DNA from: Minisyncoccota bacterium
Lineage (GTDB): Bacteria > Patescibacteriota > Minisyncoccia > Phycocordibacterales > Phycocordibacteraceae
Reading direction: 5' to 3'
DNA: 64,000 nt
NCBI GenBank assembly: GCA_041664265.1
Contig: JBAYLD010000004.1
Location: forward strand, 33,470 to 97,469
Shown: one piece after another, positions 62,042 to 64,000 of the stretch
Layout of the letters: every line of letters begins with the position of its first letter
How positions within the stretch are numbered: the first letter of the stretch is position 1
The notes under the pieces: generated by a model
The model's database searches: none
Seen by the model: only the letters and a program-made list of their open reading frames with translations
What the model was told of the DNA's origin: nothing
Position numbers and translations under genes: made by a program

Positions 62042-64000
62042 TTATTTTAGGTATTCGGCTGCTTCGGCTGGGGTGAGGGAGTCGGCGGAGACGTCAGTGG
62101 GGAGGTAGATACGGCGGAGGCCTTTTTTCAAAAAGAGCCCCTGCTTTGATTTGTAGAGCGAGAGCATCTTGCCAGTGCGTGGGTGCTTGCCGATCTCCTT
62201 CACGAGCTCAATCCCTTTTGCTTGTTGTTTTGGTGTAGCGATGAGCGCGAGCGCCTCATCAAGCGTGATGGTGTAAGGGTCGCCAACTTTTGCCTTGAGC
62301 GAGCGGAACTCGCCATCACTGCCGACATACGGGCCGAAGCGCCCGGTTGAGGCGAACACCGGCTTGCCGGTGGAGGGGTGCATCCCGAGCTCTCGCGGCA
62401 ACGAGAGATATTTGAGTGCATCGGCGAGTGTCACCTGCGCCAGGTCGGTCCCCGCCGGGATACTCGCGCGCTTGGCAGCAGTCTTCGGCCGACCCTTACC
62501 GCGCTTTGTTGGCTTCTTTTTCTTTCCTTCTTTTTCTTTTGTGTCTTCACTGCCTCTTGCTCCTGCCTCCTGCTTGTTTTCTTCTAGTGCCATCTCGACA
62601 TACGGCCCAAACCTTCCCGTCTTTATATAAATAGGCGCGCCCGTTTCCGGATGCATACCGATAGGCTCATCGCCCTTAAGCTCCGCACCCTCTTCAGTGC
62701 GCGCACCAAGGCAGTCCGGATACTTCTTGCAGCTCATAAAGACGCCGCCACGGCCGAGCTTGAACTCCATCGAACTCCCACAGAGCGGGCAGGGGAATTC
62801 TTCTGCGGCATCGCCAAGTGATGTTGCTTTTGGGAGCTTCTCTTTGGCCTGCACCGCTTTTTCAAATGGGCCATAAAATGCAGAAAGCGTCTCGGTATAG
62901 CCGCGCTCTCCGCGTGCGATTTCGTCGAGCTCGTTCTCCATCTCTGCGGTGAACGTGTCGCTCACATAGGTGGGGAAATGTTCTTCAAGCCAGCCGGAGA
63001 CGACCATGCCGGTGGCGGTTGGCTTGAGCGCTCGCGCGAGTTTCTCGACATAGCCGCGATCTTGGATCGTCTTCATGATCGAGGCATAGGTTGAGGGGCG
63101 CCCGATACCGCGCTTCTCGAGCTCCTTGATAAGCCCCGCTTCGGTGTAGCGATTGGGGGGTTCGGTCTGCTTCTCATCGGCACCGAGAGAGAGAAGCGTG
63201 AGCGGGTCGCCACTGGCCAACTTCGGCAATTCGACATCTTCGCCGCGCGCTTTCGTATCGAGCGCGAGCCAGCCGGGGAAGATGATGCGTGAACCGTTCG
63301 CAGTGAAGAGGGGAATGCTTGCCTCGCCGGAGCTGTGCGGAGGCGGGTCGGCTTTTGCCGAGATAGATGTGCGCATAACGCGTGCGGGCGCCATCTGCGA
63401 GGCGAGTGCACGAGTGCGAATGAGCTCATAGAGCTGTGTTTCGTCTGGCGTAGCGCCCGCGCGCGCCTGGTGTGAGTCGGTAGGGCGTACGGCCTCGTGT
63501 GCTTCTTGGGCGTTCTTACTTTTCGTTTTGTATACTCGCACCTGGAGGTATTCTTTCCCGAATTGCTTCTCAACGACGCCCGCCATCTTCGCGACCGCTT
63601 CTTTAGAGAGGTTTACTGAATCGGTGCGCATGTAGGTGATGTGGCCGGCCTCATACAACTTTTGCGCAGCGCGCATGGTGCGTGAGGGAGCGAAGCCGAG
63701 TCGTGTCGAAGCGGCCTGTTGGAGCGTTGAGGTGGTGAAGGGCGGCCGCGGATTGCGATCTTCAGCCTTCTCGCTCACATCGGCGACGCTCCATTTTGCT
63801 GCGCGGCCTTCTCGCACGATCCGCTCCGCTTCTTCTTTTGTCTTTGGCTGTTCGGTACAGGTGGTAGCTAGATCTCCTGTTTTCGATTTAAATAAAGCGG
63901 AAAGCACAAAATAAGTAGCCGGTATAAAGGCTTTAATTTCGCGCTCGCGTTCGGCGAGAATCCGGAGCGCGGGCGACTGCACGCGCCCAGCCGAGAGTCC
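62042..64000 (-). CDS. topA: DNA topoisomerase I (5' end outside window)
   Basis: LSAGRVQS, AQKLYE.GHITYMRTDS, AQEAHEAVRP, GIGRPSTY, zinc ribbon, GRFGPY repeats. Confidence 0.97.
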   Translation of the reverse strand, partial: GLSAGRVQSPALRILAEREREIKAFIPATYFVLSALFKSKTGDLATTCTEQPKTKEEAERIVREGRAAKWSVADVSEKAEDRNPRPPFTTSTLQQAASTRLGFAPSRTMRAAQKLYEAGHITYMRTDSVNLSKEAVAKMAGVVEKQFGKEYLQVRVYKTKSKNAQEAHEAVRPTDSHQARAGATPDETQLYELIRTRALASQMAPARVMRTSISAKADPPPHSSGEASIPLFTANGSRIIFPGWLALDTKARGEDVELPKLASGDPLTLLSLGADEKQTEPPNRYTEAGLIKELEKRGIGRPSTYASIMKTIQDRGYVEKLARALKPTATGMVVSGWLEEHFPTYVSDTFTAEMENELDEIARGERGYTETLSAFYGPFEKAVQAKEKLPKATSLGDAAEEFPCPLCGSSMEFKLGRGGVFMSCKKYPDCLGARTEEGAELKGDEPIGMHPETGAPIYIKTGRFGPYVEMALEENKQEAGARGSEDTKEKEGKKKKPTKRGKGRPKTAAKRASIPAGTDLAQVTLADALKYLSLPRELGMHPSTGKPVFASTGRFGPYVGSDGEFRSLKAKVGDPYTITLDEALALIATPKQQAKGIELVKEIGKHPRTGKMLSLYKSKQGLFLKKGLRRIYLPTDVSADSLTPAEAAEYLK

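Noticed and set aside
1-64000. Alternative genetic code (UGA recoding)
   Set aside because: Conserved genes such as hisS, hsdM and clpB end properly at TGA and show no internal TGA interruptions.

Overview
Chromosomal segment of a small-genome bacterium using the standard genetic code. Gene content and style suggest a Patescibacteria/CPR organism of the Parcubacteria type (inference). The housekeeping backbone comprises the dnaG 3' end, rpoD, hisS, prmC, clpB, rpmG, miaA, parB, relA/spoT, topA, tRNA-Trp and tRNA-Leu. It encloses a two-component system, several large secreted/surface proteins, a GH130/HAD sugar module and a defence island at about 21.8-33.1 kb (radC, HigB/HigA-ImmA, and a type I R-M system with two cargo genes inside it). 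The most striking unannotated signal is a dense population of short palindromic REP-like elements of several families. They flank and sit inside a HUH/Y1 (RAYT-like) transposase gene, delimit an array of small AT-rich genes after hsdS, and lie in frame within conserved genes. Other candidates: a GIY-YIG gene bounded by 24-bp inverted repeats, a tandem-heptamer box at a fixed distance from four -10 elements (putative regulon of the OmpR-family regulator), a shared C-terminal module on surface proteins, and pervasive leaderless-type promoters. All calls come from reading the sequence; no searches were run.
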